Assembly (NCBI RefSeq): GCF_001945605.1 | Contig: NZ_MPKA01000055.1 | Coordinates: 21,427 to 53,426 of the forward strand | DNA: 32,000 nucleotides | Source: Dubosiella newyorkensis | GTDB taxonomy: Bacteria > Bacillota_I > Bacilli_A > Erysipelotrichales > Erysipelotrichaceae | Reading direction: 5' to 3' | Shown here: positions 9,726-17,652 of the stretch, in pieces | Numbering within the stretch: position 1 is the stretch's first letter | How the letters are laid out: every line of letters begins with the position of its first letter | Program-made: the position numbers and the translations under genes | Notes under the pieces: generated by a model | The model's input: only the letters and a program-made list of their open reading frames with translations | The model's database searches: none | Told to the model about the DNA's origin: nothing

Positions 9726-10394
9726 TTATCCGCAGCTTTTTGGCGAGCATGAAGCGCCCGTTTTGCCGCTTTCCGTATTGTTTTTTAAGATCTCTTTGAA
9801 TTGCTTTTTATCGCGGTATCCAGGAACGATCTGTTCTCCGATCATAAAATAAGGAACGGATTCGATCTCCAAGATCTCGGCTTGGCTTTCGTCTTTGCGG
9901 ACATCGTCCTTGTAGGCCTCGGAGTCGAGCATTTCTTCGACCTTGTGGTGGTTTAATCCGGCTTTGCGGGCTACTTCATAGAGGGTTTCGCGATTGGCGA
10001 GTTCTTTGTTTTCGATAAAGTACGCTTCAAAAAGAAGAGGGCGGATCTTATCTTCGACACCTTGTTCGCACGCATACTTATAGAGACGGTGCGCGTCGAA
10101 GTCGTTGGTGTAGCGCATTTTCGTGAAGTCAAAATGGAGATCGGCATCTTCGGCGTATCGATGGATCTGATGGAATCTTTGCTGTGCTTCTGCCGGGGAC
10201 ATGCCCTCTTCTTTTTCAAATTTTTCTTGAATCGAAAGCGTATAATGCTTGGAAGCTTTTGGATCGAGTTCATACGCTTTCATTTCGATCTCCACATCGT
10301 CTTCCATGCCAAGCTCATGGACCGCTTCATACAGATTTGTTTCCGAAATGAAGCAATATGGGCATTCAAAATCGGCCCAATATTTAATTTTCAT
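9726..10394 (-). CDS. DsbA-family thiol-disulfide oxidoreductase (FrnE-like, no signal peptide)
   Basis: MKIKYWADFECPYCF has a CPYC thioredoxin-fold motif at the extreme N-terminus. 222 aa. SD GAAGG upstream. Confidence 0.85.
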   Translation of the reverse strand: MKIKYWADFECPYCFISETNLYEAVHELGMEDDVEIEMKAYELDPKASKHYTLSIQEKFEKEEGMSPAEAQQRFHQIHRYAEDADLHFDFTKMRYTNDFDAHRLYKYACEQGVEDKIRPLLFEAYFIENKELANRETLYEVARKAGLNHHKVEEMLDSEAYKDDVRKDESQAEILEIESVPYFMIGEQIVPGYRDKKQFKEILKNNTESGKTGASCSPKSCG

Positions 10395-10497
10395 AGGATT
10401 ACCTTCTTTCGCTTTGATTATAGCAATCGAAAAAATGTCTTGTTAAGTCATTTGCTAGTATAGTATACTGAACAAAATCATCTTATGAGGGCAGTTT

Positions 10498-11427
10498 ATG
10501 TATTTGAATCAAGAAAAACGAATGATGATCAATGGCGCGCTGCAATATATCCTGCTTTTAGCGGAGCATAAAGATCTGCCGCTGCTGATCTATGTGCACG
10601 GAGGACCGGGCGACGCGGCCTTGCCTTTGTTGCTGCATTATCAAAAGGAGCTCGCTTCCAAATATACGCTTGTCCTATGGGAACAAAGAGGCGCAGGAAA
10701 ATCGTATTATGAATTTGGGCAATATGAGAATTTGTTGTTGGACGATTATGTACAAGATCTGCATGAGATCGTCCAATACGTATTGAAACGGTTTCATCAA
10801 GAAAAGGTCTATTTGTGCGCGCATGATTTTGGCACGATCATTGGCTTTCTCTTTTTGCAGCAATACCCACAATTGGTCCATACGTATATCGGGATCTCGC
10901 AAGTCGTCAATATGAAAAAGGCCATGCGTTTGCGTCTACGATACGCGATCGAGAATTCGAAGCCGATCGTGGCGAATAAGCTTTTGAAGATCGATGCCGC
11001 TTTTGGTGGCGCGAATTGGTATTCGGATCTTGACTATTTGGATAAGCAGATCTTTAAACTGAAGGGAACATTATATAAAAAGAAAAACGATAGCTTGCTT
11101 CGTTCCTTTTATTTAAAATCAAATAAGTTCACTTTGTTCGACTACCAACGATATTTAAAGGGGATCACTCAATCCAAAAAGAAGCTGTGGCCGCAAATCA
11201 TGGCAGTGGATTTTGAATCGATCGTGAAATGGAAAGTTCCGATTGTCTTGATCGAAGGAAAAAACGACAAGCTTCTTTCTTCGGCGCTTGCCAAAGCGTA
11301 TTTTGACAAGCTCGAAAGCGAGAAAACATGGTATTGGTTCGAGGAATCTTCGCATTTTCCGCATTGGTGCGAGTCAAAACGCTTTAATTCCATTTTACTT
11401 GAGTTAGTTTCTAAAAAAGCATCATGA
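10498..11427 (+). CDS. alpha/beta hydrolase, proline-iminopeptidase-like scaffold with Asp at the nucleophile elbow
   Basis: YVHGGPG oxyanion motif, WEQRGAGKS, nucleophile elbow CAHDFGT (Asp110, codon 10825-10827) and C-terminal SSHFP His motif. Confidence 0.8.
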   Translation: MYLNQEKRMMINGALQYILLLAEHKDLPLLIYVHGGPGDAALPLLLHYQKELASKYTLVLWEQRGAGKSYYEFGQYENLLLDDYVQDLHEIVQYVLKRFHQEKVYLCAHDFGTIIGFLFLQQYPQLVHTYIGISQVVNMKKAMRLRLRYAIENSKPIVANKLLKIDAAFGGANWYSDLDYLDKQIFKLKGTLYKKKNDSLLRSFYLKSNKFTLFDYQRYLKGITQSKKKLWPQIMAVDFESIVKWKVPIVLIEGKNDKLLSSALAKAYFDKLESEKTWYWFEESSHFPHWCESKRFNSILLELVSKKAS

Positions 11428-11493
11428 TATCTATTTTATAGAAATCATGGTTTTATAAGTGTAGAAAGAACCATGCGTCGGTGAGGTGGCATT

Positions 11494-11976
11494 ATGAATC
11501 AAATATCTGAATCGATGAGAGAGTTTTTAAAGGATGAAGAATTGGAAATTTTCGACAATCGCCAACATCAGTTTTCTCAATTAGCGAACGACGAAGAGAT
11601 CATCGTCGTGATCAATTTATATGGCGAAGAGAATTTGTATATCCAAACGGGCGCAGAAAGTGCTGTCTTGGCTTTTGGACAGTGGCGAGATGAATACGAC
11701 AATTCGAGCGAAGATATCGCGCGCTTAAAAGCGGATATTTCGCATATCTTAAATAACGAATCCTATGTTTGGACGATCATCAACGCGCCAAGTTTTTTAG
11801 TCGGCTACGTCTATGATCATAAGGTCCAATATTTGCCGTGCACTAATTTGTTCGATTGGGACTATTCCGAATCGAAAGAATTTTTTACCCAGATCGCCGA
11901 AGAGGAAGGTCAGCAATCGTTTCTCTTTTGGGATCCGCACCACCAGCAATTAGAACCAAGCTTATTTCTCATGTAA
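11494..11976 (+). CDS. hypothetical acidic protein (160 aa)
   Basis: ORF with SD GAGGTGG and a terminator directly downstream. No recognisable motif. Confidence 0.6.
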   Translation: MNQISESMREFLKDEELEIFDNRQHQFSQLANDEEIIVVINLYGEENLYIQTGAESAVLAFGQWRDEYDNSSEDIARLKADISHILNNESYVWTIINAPSFLVGYVYDHKVQYLPCTNLFDWDYSESKEFFTQIAEEEGQQSFLFWDPHHQQLEPSLFLM

Positions 11977-11997
11977 AAAGATCCTCGCGGATCTTTT
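11976..11997. terminator. bidirectional intrinsic terminator
   Basis: AAAAGATCC-TCGC-GGATCTTTT, flanked by A- and T-runs, between convergent genes. Confidence 0.7.
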
Positions 11998-11998
11998 T

Positions 11999-12256
11999 TT
12001 ACTTATGCTCGATGTCGTTTTTAAATTTTTCAAAGTCCTCTTTGAAATCGTCGGCGTCCTTATGGGCGTCTTCTTTGATATCTTGATCGAACGCTTCGAC
12101 ACGTTCTTTGACCTTAGCGGCTTCGCTATCCAATTCGGCTTTATCTTTCGCGGCCTCTTCTTTCAATTTCGTATCTTCCTTGTTTTCATATTTTTCAAAT
12201 TCTTCCCATTTCTTTTTCGCTTCCGCTTTATCGCGTTCAAAAAAATCATCTTTCAT
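11999..12256 (-). CDS. small hyper-charged (K/E/D-rich) hydrophilic protein, 85 aa
   Basis: Strong SD (GAGGAGG) 8 nt before the ATG (complement of 12254-12256). About 60% of residues are charged, with no hydrophobic segment. Confidence 0.6.
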   Translation of the reverse strand: MKDDFFERDKAEAKKKWEEFEKYENKEDTKLKEEAAKDKAELDSEAAKVKERVEAFDQDIKEDAHKDADDFKEDFEKFKNDIEHK

Positions 12257-12392
12257 GGTGGATACCTCCTCGTTAGTTTTATCGTAGAAAAAGCGAGAAA
12301 AAAAGGCAACTTCCTTGCCTGAGGGATTCGATTTCCGTAGCGAATTAAATTGTTTTTCGTTATACTGTATTCTGGTTAGAAAGGAATCTTTT

Positions 12393-13760
12393 ATGCGATC
12401 TAAAAATCAATCCGTTGATTTGGGAACAGGATCGATCGGAAAGCTATTGTTTTCGTTGGCACTGCCTTCCATCATCGCGCAGCTGATCAATGTTCTCTAC
12501 AACGTCGTCGATCGGATGTATATTGGACACATTCCTGAAACGGGGGCTTTGGCTTTGACAGGGGTTGGTGTCACGATGCCGATCATATTGATGATTTCCG
12601 CTTTTTCTTCGCTCGTCTGCATGGGAGGCTCTCCAAGGGCCGCGATCGAACTTGGCAAAGGCAACAAGCAAAAAGCCGAAGAAATCATGGGGAATTGTTT
12701 TATATTATTAGTTCTTTTTGGGATCTTATTAACGTTCATCGCTGAAGTCTTTGGAGAATGGATGCTCCTTCTCTTTGGAGCGAGCCAATCCACGCTTCCC
12801 TACGCGCTCGACTATTTGCGCATCTATGCGCTAGGGACCTTATTCGTGCAAAGCGCGCTTGGCATGAATATGTTCATCAACACCCAAGGCTATGCCAAAT
12901 ATGGAATGGCGACAGTCGTGATCGGGGCTGTGATCAACATTTTGCTCGATCCGATCTTTATTTTTGTTTTTGGCATGGGTGTAAAGGGGGCAGCCTGCGC
13001 GACGATCTTATCGCAGGCGGTTTCCGCTCTCTTTGTCCTTTGGTTCTTGCGCTCTTCCAAGAGCAGCCTGCATTTGCAGAAGCGATATTTTAAACTCACT
13101 CCAGCGATCATAGGGCCATGCTTGATGCTTGGCTTATCGCCATTCGTGATGAATATTACGGAAAGCTTGCTGAGTGTCTGCTTCAACTCTTCTTTGCTTC
13201 GATATGGAGGGGATGTGGCGGTAGGGGCGATGGCCATCCTCGCTTCCGTGATGCAGTTTTCCATGCTTCCGCTACAAGGCTTGACCCAAGGCTCCCAGCC
13301 TCTAATATCGTATAATTATGGGGCGGGAAAATATGATCGGATCCGAAAGACGTTCAAGATCTTGCTCGTGAGCGCGCTTCTCTATTCGAGTGCGATGTGG
13401 GCGCTGGCTCAATTCATGCCGCAGCTTTTAGCGCACATGTTTACCAACAATGCCGAACTGGTCGAGTACACGTGCTGGGCGATCCGGATCTATATGGCGA
13501 TGTCCTTTTGTTTTGGGGCGCAGATCGCGTGCCAGCAAACCTTCATTGCGTTAGGAAACGCGAAAACGTCTTTATTTTTGGCGCTTCTGAGAAAAGTGTT
13601 CTTGCTGATCCCTTTGATCTATATTTTGCCGAGCTTGTTTGAGAACAAAGTGTTTGCCGTTTTTTTAGCGGAGCCTGTTGCCGACACGTTGGCGGTCGCG
13701 ACAACATGCATCCTATTTGCTCGATACTATAAAAAAGTCTTGTTAAAGGAGCCAAAATGA
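12393..13760 (+). CDS. MATE family efflux transporter
   Basis: GSIGKLLFSLALPSIIAQLINVLYNVVDRMYIGH N-terminal MATE signature and about 12 hydrophobic segments. Start moved to ATG 12393. Confidence 0.9.
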   Translation: MRSKNQSVDLGTGSIGKLLFSLALPSIIAQLINVLYNVVDRMYIGHIPETGALALTGVGVTMPIILMISAFSSLVCMGGSPRAAIELGKGNKQKAEEIMGNCFILLVLFGILLTFIAEVFGEWMLLLFGASQSTLPYALDYLRIYALGTLFVQSALGMNMFINTQGYAKYGMATVVIGAVINILLDPIFIFVFGMGVKGAACATILSQAVSALFVLWFLRSSKSSLHLQKRYFKLTPAIIGPCLMLGLSPFVMNITESLLSVCFNSSLLRYGGDVAVGAMAILASVMQFSMLPLQGLTQGSQPLISYNYGAGKYDRIRKTFKILLVSALLYSSAMWALAQFMPQLLAHMFTNNAELVEYTCWAIRIYMAMSFCFGAQIACQQTFIALGNAKTSLFLALLRKVFLLIPLIYILPSLFENKVFAVFLAEPVADTLAVATTCILFARYYKKVLLKEPK

Positions 13761-14584
13761 TTCGATTGTTTGCGAGTGATCTCGATGGGACTTTATTGAA
13801 TGAAAAGCATCAATTTGATGATGTGATCGTGGAAGGAATCCAGAAAATCGTAAATTCTGGCCATGTTTTCTCGATCGCGACTGGGCGAGGGAAAAGCCAG
13901 TGCTCCGATCCTCGAATCGATTCGCTTGTGTATAAGGTGTGTATGAATGGCGCTTTGATCTTGGATCCAAAGAATAGAGCGGTCGCCAAAGAAAAGATCG
14001 ATCGTTCGATCTTGGCGCAGATCTTGGACGAATTTGAGGAGTACCCTTTTGATTTTGTGAATGAAGATCATATTTTGACACGCTATCCAAAGAAAGAGTT
14101 TTTAGAGCGCCGGGTTTTTGCGACGAGCGATGAAGAATGGAAAGAGAGATATATGCGTGATTTTCTTCCTAGGATCCAATTTGGCAAGTCAAAAGAAGAG
14201 ATCTTGAACGCTTCCATCTGCAAGATCAATTTGCGGATCAATGATGTGGACGATTATAGTCGGCTGGATGCGTTTTTAAAGGCGCATGCAGATTGGCTTG
14301 TTAATGCTCCAAGCGGCAAAGGGTTATATGAAATCACGGCGGCAGGTGTAAACAAGGGGAGCGCTTTGATGAAACTAGCTTCTTTTTTAAACATCGAACC
14401 AAATGAAGTCGCTGTATATGGGGATGGTGGCAACGATATCGCGATGCTTTCGCTCTTTGACAACGCCTATGTGCCGGAAAATGGCATGCCACAAGCTAAA
14501 AAAGAAGCGAAAGAGATCCTTGCCGACAGCAAAGATCATTCCGTGATCGATCACATGCTTCAAACGATCAAGGAACAAAAATGA
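13757..14584 (+). CDS. Cof-type HAD-IIB phosphatase
   Basis: MIRLFASDLDGTLLN, ATGR and YGDGGNDIAML motifs. ATGA overlap with the MATE gene. Confidence 0.85.
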   Translation: MIRLFASDLDGTLLNEKHQFDDVIVEGIQKIVNSGHVFSIATGRGKSQCSDPRIDSLVYKVCMNGALILDPKNRAVAKEKIDRSILAQILDEFEEYPFDFVNEDHILTRYPKKEFLERRVFATSDEEWKERYMRDFLPRIQFGKSKEEILNASICKINLRINDVDDYSRLDAFLKAHADWLVNAPSGKGLYEITAAGVNKGSALMKLASFLNIEPNEVAVYGDGGNDIAMLSLFDNAYVPENGMPQAKKEAKEILADSKDHSVIDHMLQTIKEQK

Positions 14585-14606
14585 AAGTAGATCGATCCAA
14601 GTCGGT

Positions 14607-15731
14607 CTACTTTTTTTCGATATAATCAACAAGGTCACGAGCTGCATACGGATTGATCGTCTTCTGCTGGTGAAAAAGCATGCATTCTTGATTTTCTCGA
14701 TCGAGCGCTTTGACGACACAAGGTAAAAGCTCGTTTTTGATGTCTTTGGCCCAATACGCCATTTTATGACTTGTGAAAAACTGGGCGTTTTTGTCTTCGC
14801 AGCCAGGAATCGGATTGACGATCACGAATGGAATATTCGAAACGGCGGCCTCGGTGGAGGAGAGCCCGCCAGGCTTCGAGATAAAGAGTTCGCTTGCTTT
14901 CATATAATCAGGCATTTGATCGGTCATCTTGATGAGGTGCTTTTTTTTAAATCCTTCATATTTGAGCTGCAGGTGCTCATACAAATGCAAGTTGTTTCCT
15001 ACAAGAATAATCAGCTCATGATCTCGATGTGAAAGCAAGAATGTTTGGAGGGTATCGATCGTTTCATTGATATCGCCCACTCCAATGCTTCCTCCAGCGA
15101 TCAAGATGTATTTTTTATTCTCATCGAGGCCAAGCTTTCGTTTCGCTTCGTTCTTTGCGATCGGCTCGTGAAAGCCTTTCTTGGTCGGGATCCCAAAAGG
15201 AAGGATCTCTTTCGCTTTGACTTTAGCTTTTTTAAATTCGGCTTCGAGATCTTTAGAAGGGATCACGAAAGAGTCGACTTCGATCTCTTCTTCGAATGGA
15301 ATGCAGGTGTAATCGGTCGCGATAAAATAGATCGGGGGCAGCTGGTAGTTTTGTCGTTTGAGCTGACTTAAGATCTCGCCACAAAATAAGTGGGTGGTGA
15401 TGATCGCGTCGAAATGATGCTCATCTAAGTACGCTTTCAGGCGCTGAGCGCTTTTTTTCTGGACAAGATAGACGGGTGAGTCGATCGGGAGGATATGCTG
15501 CATATTGGAATATGCTTTTCCGATCTTATAGATCAGTCCAAAAAGACGGGGAGCCATTTGGACAGTTTTGATATAGGTTTCGCCAACTTGATGCGCGAGA
15601 TGCTTGCTTTTGAGCGAATAAGGATCAAAGAACACCACATGATGATGATGTTCTTTTAATTGTTCAACGATCGCTTTTGCCGCGGCGTTGTGGCCGCCTC
15701 CTGTCGAGCAGGAGAGGACTAGCGCTTCCAT
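14607..15731 (-). CDS. MGDG-synthase/GT28-type glycosyltransferase (UgtP-like diacylglycerol glycosyltransferase)
   Basis: N-terminal STGGGHNAAAKAI. C-terminal ISKPGGLSSTEAAVSNIPFVIVNPIPGCEDKNAQFF is close to the B. subtilis UgtP block ITKPGGITLTEA...PGQEKENANFF (from memory). Confidence 0.85.
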   Translation of the reverse strand: MEALVLSCSTGGGHNAAAKAIVEQLKEHHHHVVFFDPYSLKSKHLAHQVGETYIKTVQMAPRLFGLIYKIGKAYSNMQHILPIDSPVYLVQKKSAQRLKAYLDEHHFDAIITTHLFCGEILSQLKRQNYQLPPIYFIATDYTCIPFEEEIEVDSFVIPSKDLEAEFKKAKVKAKEILPFGIPTKKGFHEPIAKNEAKRKLGLDENKKYILIAGGSIGVGDINETIDTLQTFLLSHRDHELIILVGNNLHLYEHLQLKYEGFKKKHLIKMTDQMPDYMKASELFISKPGGLSSTEAAVSNIPFVIVNPIPGCEDKNAQFFTSHKMAYWAKDIKNELLPCVVKALDRENQECMLFHQQKTINPYAARDLVDYIEKK

Positions 15732-16336
15732 ATTGGCTCCATTTTGAACTCTTCTTTTTGTTCTTTACTGGTAAGGAGTTTCCCGATGACGCTTAGAGCG
15801 ATCAGCATCGCGCCGGTTCCGACCGCGATATTGATATGAAGGGTCAAGATGCATGGTAAAAAGATCGCGTACGTAACGAGTGTTTTATAATAGTTTGGCT
15901 TGATGACCAAAACGCATGAAAAAAATAGAAAGAGAATGGCCAAGAAAGCGACAGGCTGCCAGATCGGGAATACGGCGGCCAAGCTTCCAAAGCTCGATGT
16001 GATTCCTTTTCCTCCTTTGAAGCCATAAAAGAGTGGAAATACGTGTCCGATGACGGGTGCGACCATCACAACAGCGGCTCCAATTGAGTATAAGGAATGG
16101 GATGTCAAATGGATATATAAATAGACGGGTATGAAAGCTTTAAAGAAATCACCGACAAGGGCGAAGCTTCCACACGCGAATCCTCCGTTTTTGAACGCAT
16201 TGGCCACGCCGGGATTGTGGTCACGCGAATTGATGCGGATGTCAGAAGTTCGAAAGAGTTTAACATACAACAAGGAATATAAGATGCTGCCGGACAAATA
16301 GCCGATCAGGGAATAAATTACAACATCTGTCAACAT
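15719..16336 (-). CDS. PlsY-family (acyl-phosphate:glycerol-3-phosphate acyltransferase-like) membrane protein, divergent motif 1
   Basis: From ATG (complement of 16334-16336; SD AAAGGAG): GYLSGSI, NSRDHNPGVANAF in place of HGSGNxGATNAF, GDFFKAF, and IGHVFPLFYGFKGGKG (conserved motif 3). The stop overlaps the GT start by 13 nt. The track ORF extends 77 codons too far upstream. Confidence 0.8.
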   Translation of the reverse strand: MLTDVVIYSLIGYLSGSILYSLLYVKLFRTSDIRINSRDHNPGVANAFKNGGFACGSFALVGDFFKAFIPVYLYIHLTSHSLYSIGAAVVMVAPVIGHVFPLFYGFKGGKGITSSFGSLAAVFPIWQPVAFLAILFLFFSCVLVIKPNYYKTLVTYAIFLPCILTLHINIAVGTGAMLIALSVIGKLLTSKEQKEEFKMEPIWKR

Positions 16337-16495
16337 AGGGAGAGCTCCTTTCTTCTTAAGTAAAATATATCTAACTGCTAAGAATTGAACCAGCCAAATG
16401 CTTGTTGTTGTCAAATTAGGATTGAAAAGCGAGTATCTTAACGCTACCATTAAAATAATATGGGTCAATTTGTGAAATCGTGTAAAGGAGAGTTT

Positions 16496-16949
16496 ATGGA
16501 TATCGTGATTGTGGGAGATGGGAAGGTCGGATTTACGCTTGCTTCTCAATTGGATCATGAAGGGCACAATGGGGCGGTCATCGATAATAAGACCGCTGTG
16601 CTAGAGAAAACATTGAACAGTCTAGATGTGGTGGGGGCATGGCAATGGGGCCACGCCAGAAACCTTGTTAAGGGCTAAGGCGAATTTGGCGGAGGCGATC
16701 ATGATCGAGCATAAGGTGGTGGAGCGCGAGTCTGTGGACCAAATCTTGGTGTTTTTTGGAGCGTGGATGGTCATTATCACGCTTGGAGCGATGATCGTTT
16801 CGCTCGATGATTTCGATTTTGGGACAACGCTTTCTTTCTGCATGCTTTTAGGGCGCTTGGAGATCTATCCGATCTTGATCTTCTTGTTGCCGATCATAAC
16901 ACTCACACAAAAGAAAAAAGTAAAGATTGGAAAGGTCGACTACAATTAG
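16496..16949 (+). pseudogene. decayed trkA-trkH remnant (frameshift plus large internal deletions)
   Basis: MDIVIVGDGKVGFTLASQLDHEGHNGAVIDNK...LDVVG is a TrkA N-terminal Rossmann fold. After a frameshift at the G-run (~16630-16640) it continues HGNGATPETLLRA. It then joins directly to a TrkH-like C-terminus (...FCMLLGRLEIYPILIFLLP). Total length is about 450 nt, versus about 2.8 kb for an intact pair. Confidence 0.6.
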
Positions 16950-16961
16950 AATAAGATCACT

Positions 16962-16991
16962 AAAAAAGAGAACGATCACGTTCTCTTTTTT
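16962..16991. terminator. bidirectional intrinsic terminator
   Basis: AGAGAACG-ATCA-CGTTCTCT flanked by A6 and T5. It lies 3' of both the trk relic (+) and pcp (-). Confidence 0.75.
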
Positions 16992-17634
16992 AGTGGGTTT
17001 CTCCCATATGAAGCTGAATATCTTCGTCGTTTTTTACGATTGCCTCGATTGCTTTTTCAAGACCTTTAGCAATCGTTTCTAGATCCATAGAAGGGGTTCC
17101 GTTTGGCTTGTTGACCACTTGTTCCGTCATAAAAGGAACATGGATAAATCCGCCCTTGATCTGTGGATATTGATGATCGATCAAATACAAGAGCTCGTAC
17201 ATCAAATAATTACATACATATGTTCCTGCCGTATACGACAAGAAAGAAGGAATGCCGTCTTCCCGGATCGCCTCGACCATCGCCTTGACTGGCAAGGAAC
17301 TAAAGTAGGCGGTTGGCCCATCTTCTTGGACTGGCGTATCGAATGGCTGATAGCCCGCATTGTCCGGGATCCGGCCATCCATCAAGTTGATAGCCACCTT
17401 CTCTGGGGTGATCGCGCTCCGTCCGCCCGCTTGCCCTATACAAACCACGACATTGGGTTGGTTGATTTCAATGCCTTCTTGCAAGACTTTTCCGGCCTTC
17501 TTGAATTCCGTAGGAATTTCTAGCTTGACGATTTGAGCCGCCTCGATCGTTTCTGGCAAAAGTTTGACGGCTTCAAAGGCTGGATTGATCGATTCTTCTC
17601 CAAATGGATTGAATCCAGTAATCAAAATTTTCAT
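16990..17634 (-). CDS. pcp: pyroglutamyl-peptidase I (pyrrolidone-carboxylate peptidase)
   Basis: [29 protein letters not shown] (catalytic Cys) and GFIHVP (His). 214 aa. Confidence 0.9.
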   Translation of the reverse strand: MKILITGFNPFGEESINPAFEAVKLLPETIEAAQIVKLEIPTEFKKAGKVLQEGIEINQPNVVVCIGQAGGRSAITPEKVAINLMDGRIPDNAGYQPFDTPVQEDGPTAYFSSLPVKAMVEAIREDGIPSFLSYTAGTYVCNYLMYELLYLIDHQYPQIKGGFIHVPFMTEQVVNKPNGTPSMDLETIAKGLEKAIEAIVKNDEDIQLHMGETH

Positions 17635-17652
17635 GATCTATTTCTCCTTGTT

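Noticed and set aside
12005-12322. 105-aa plus-strand ORF (F/L/I-rich) antisense to the small charged-protein gene
   Set aside because: It is the mirror image of a K/E/D-rich coding sequence (AAA/GAA codons read as TTT/TTC). It has no SD and it crosses the bidirectional terminator region.
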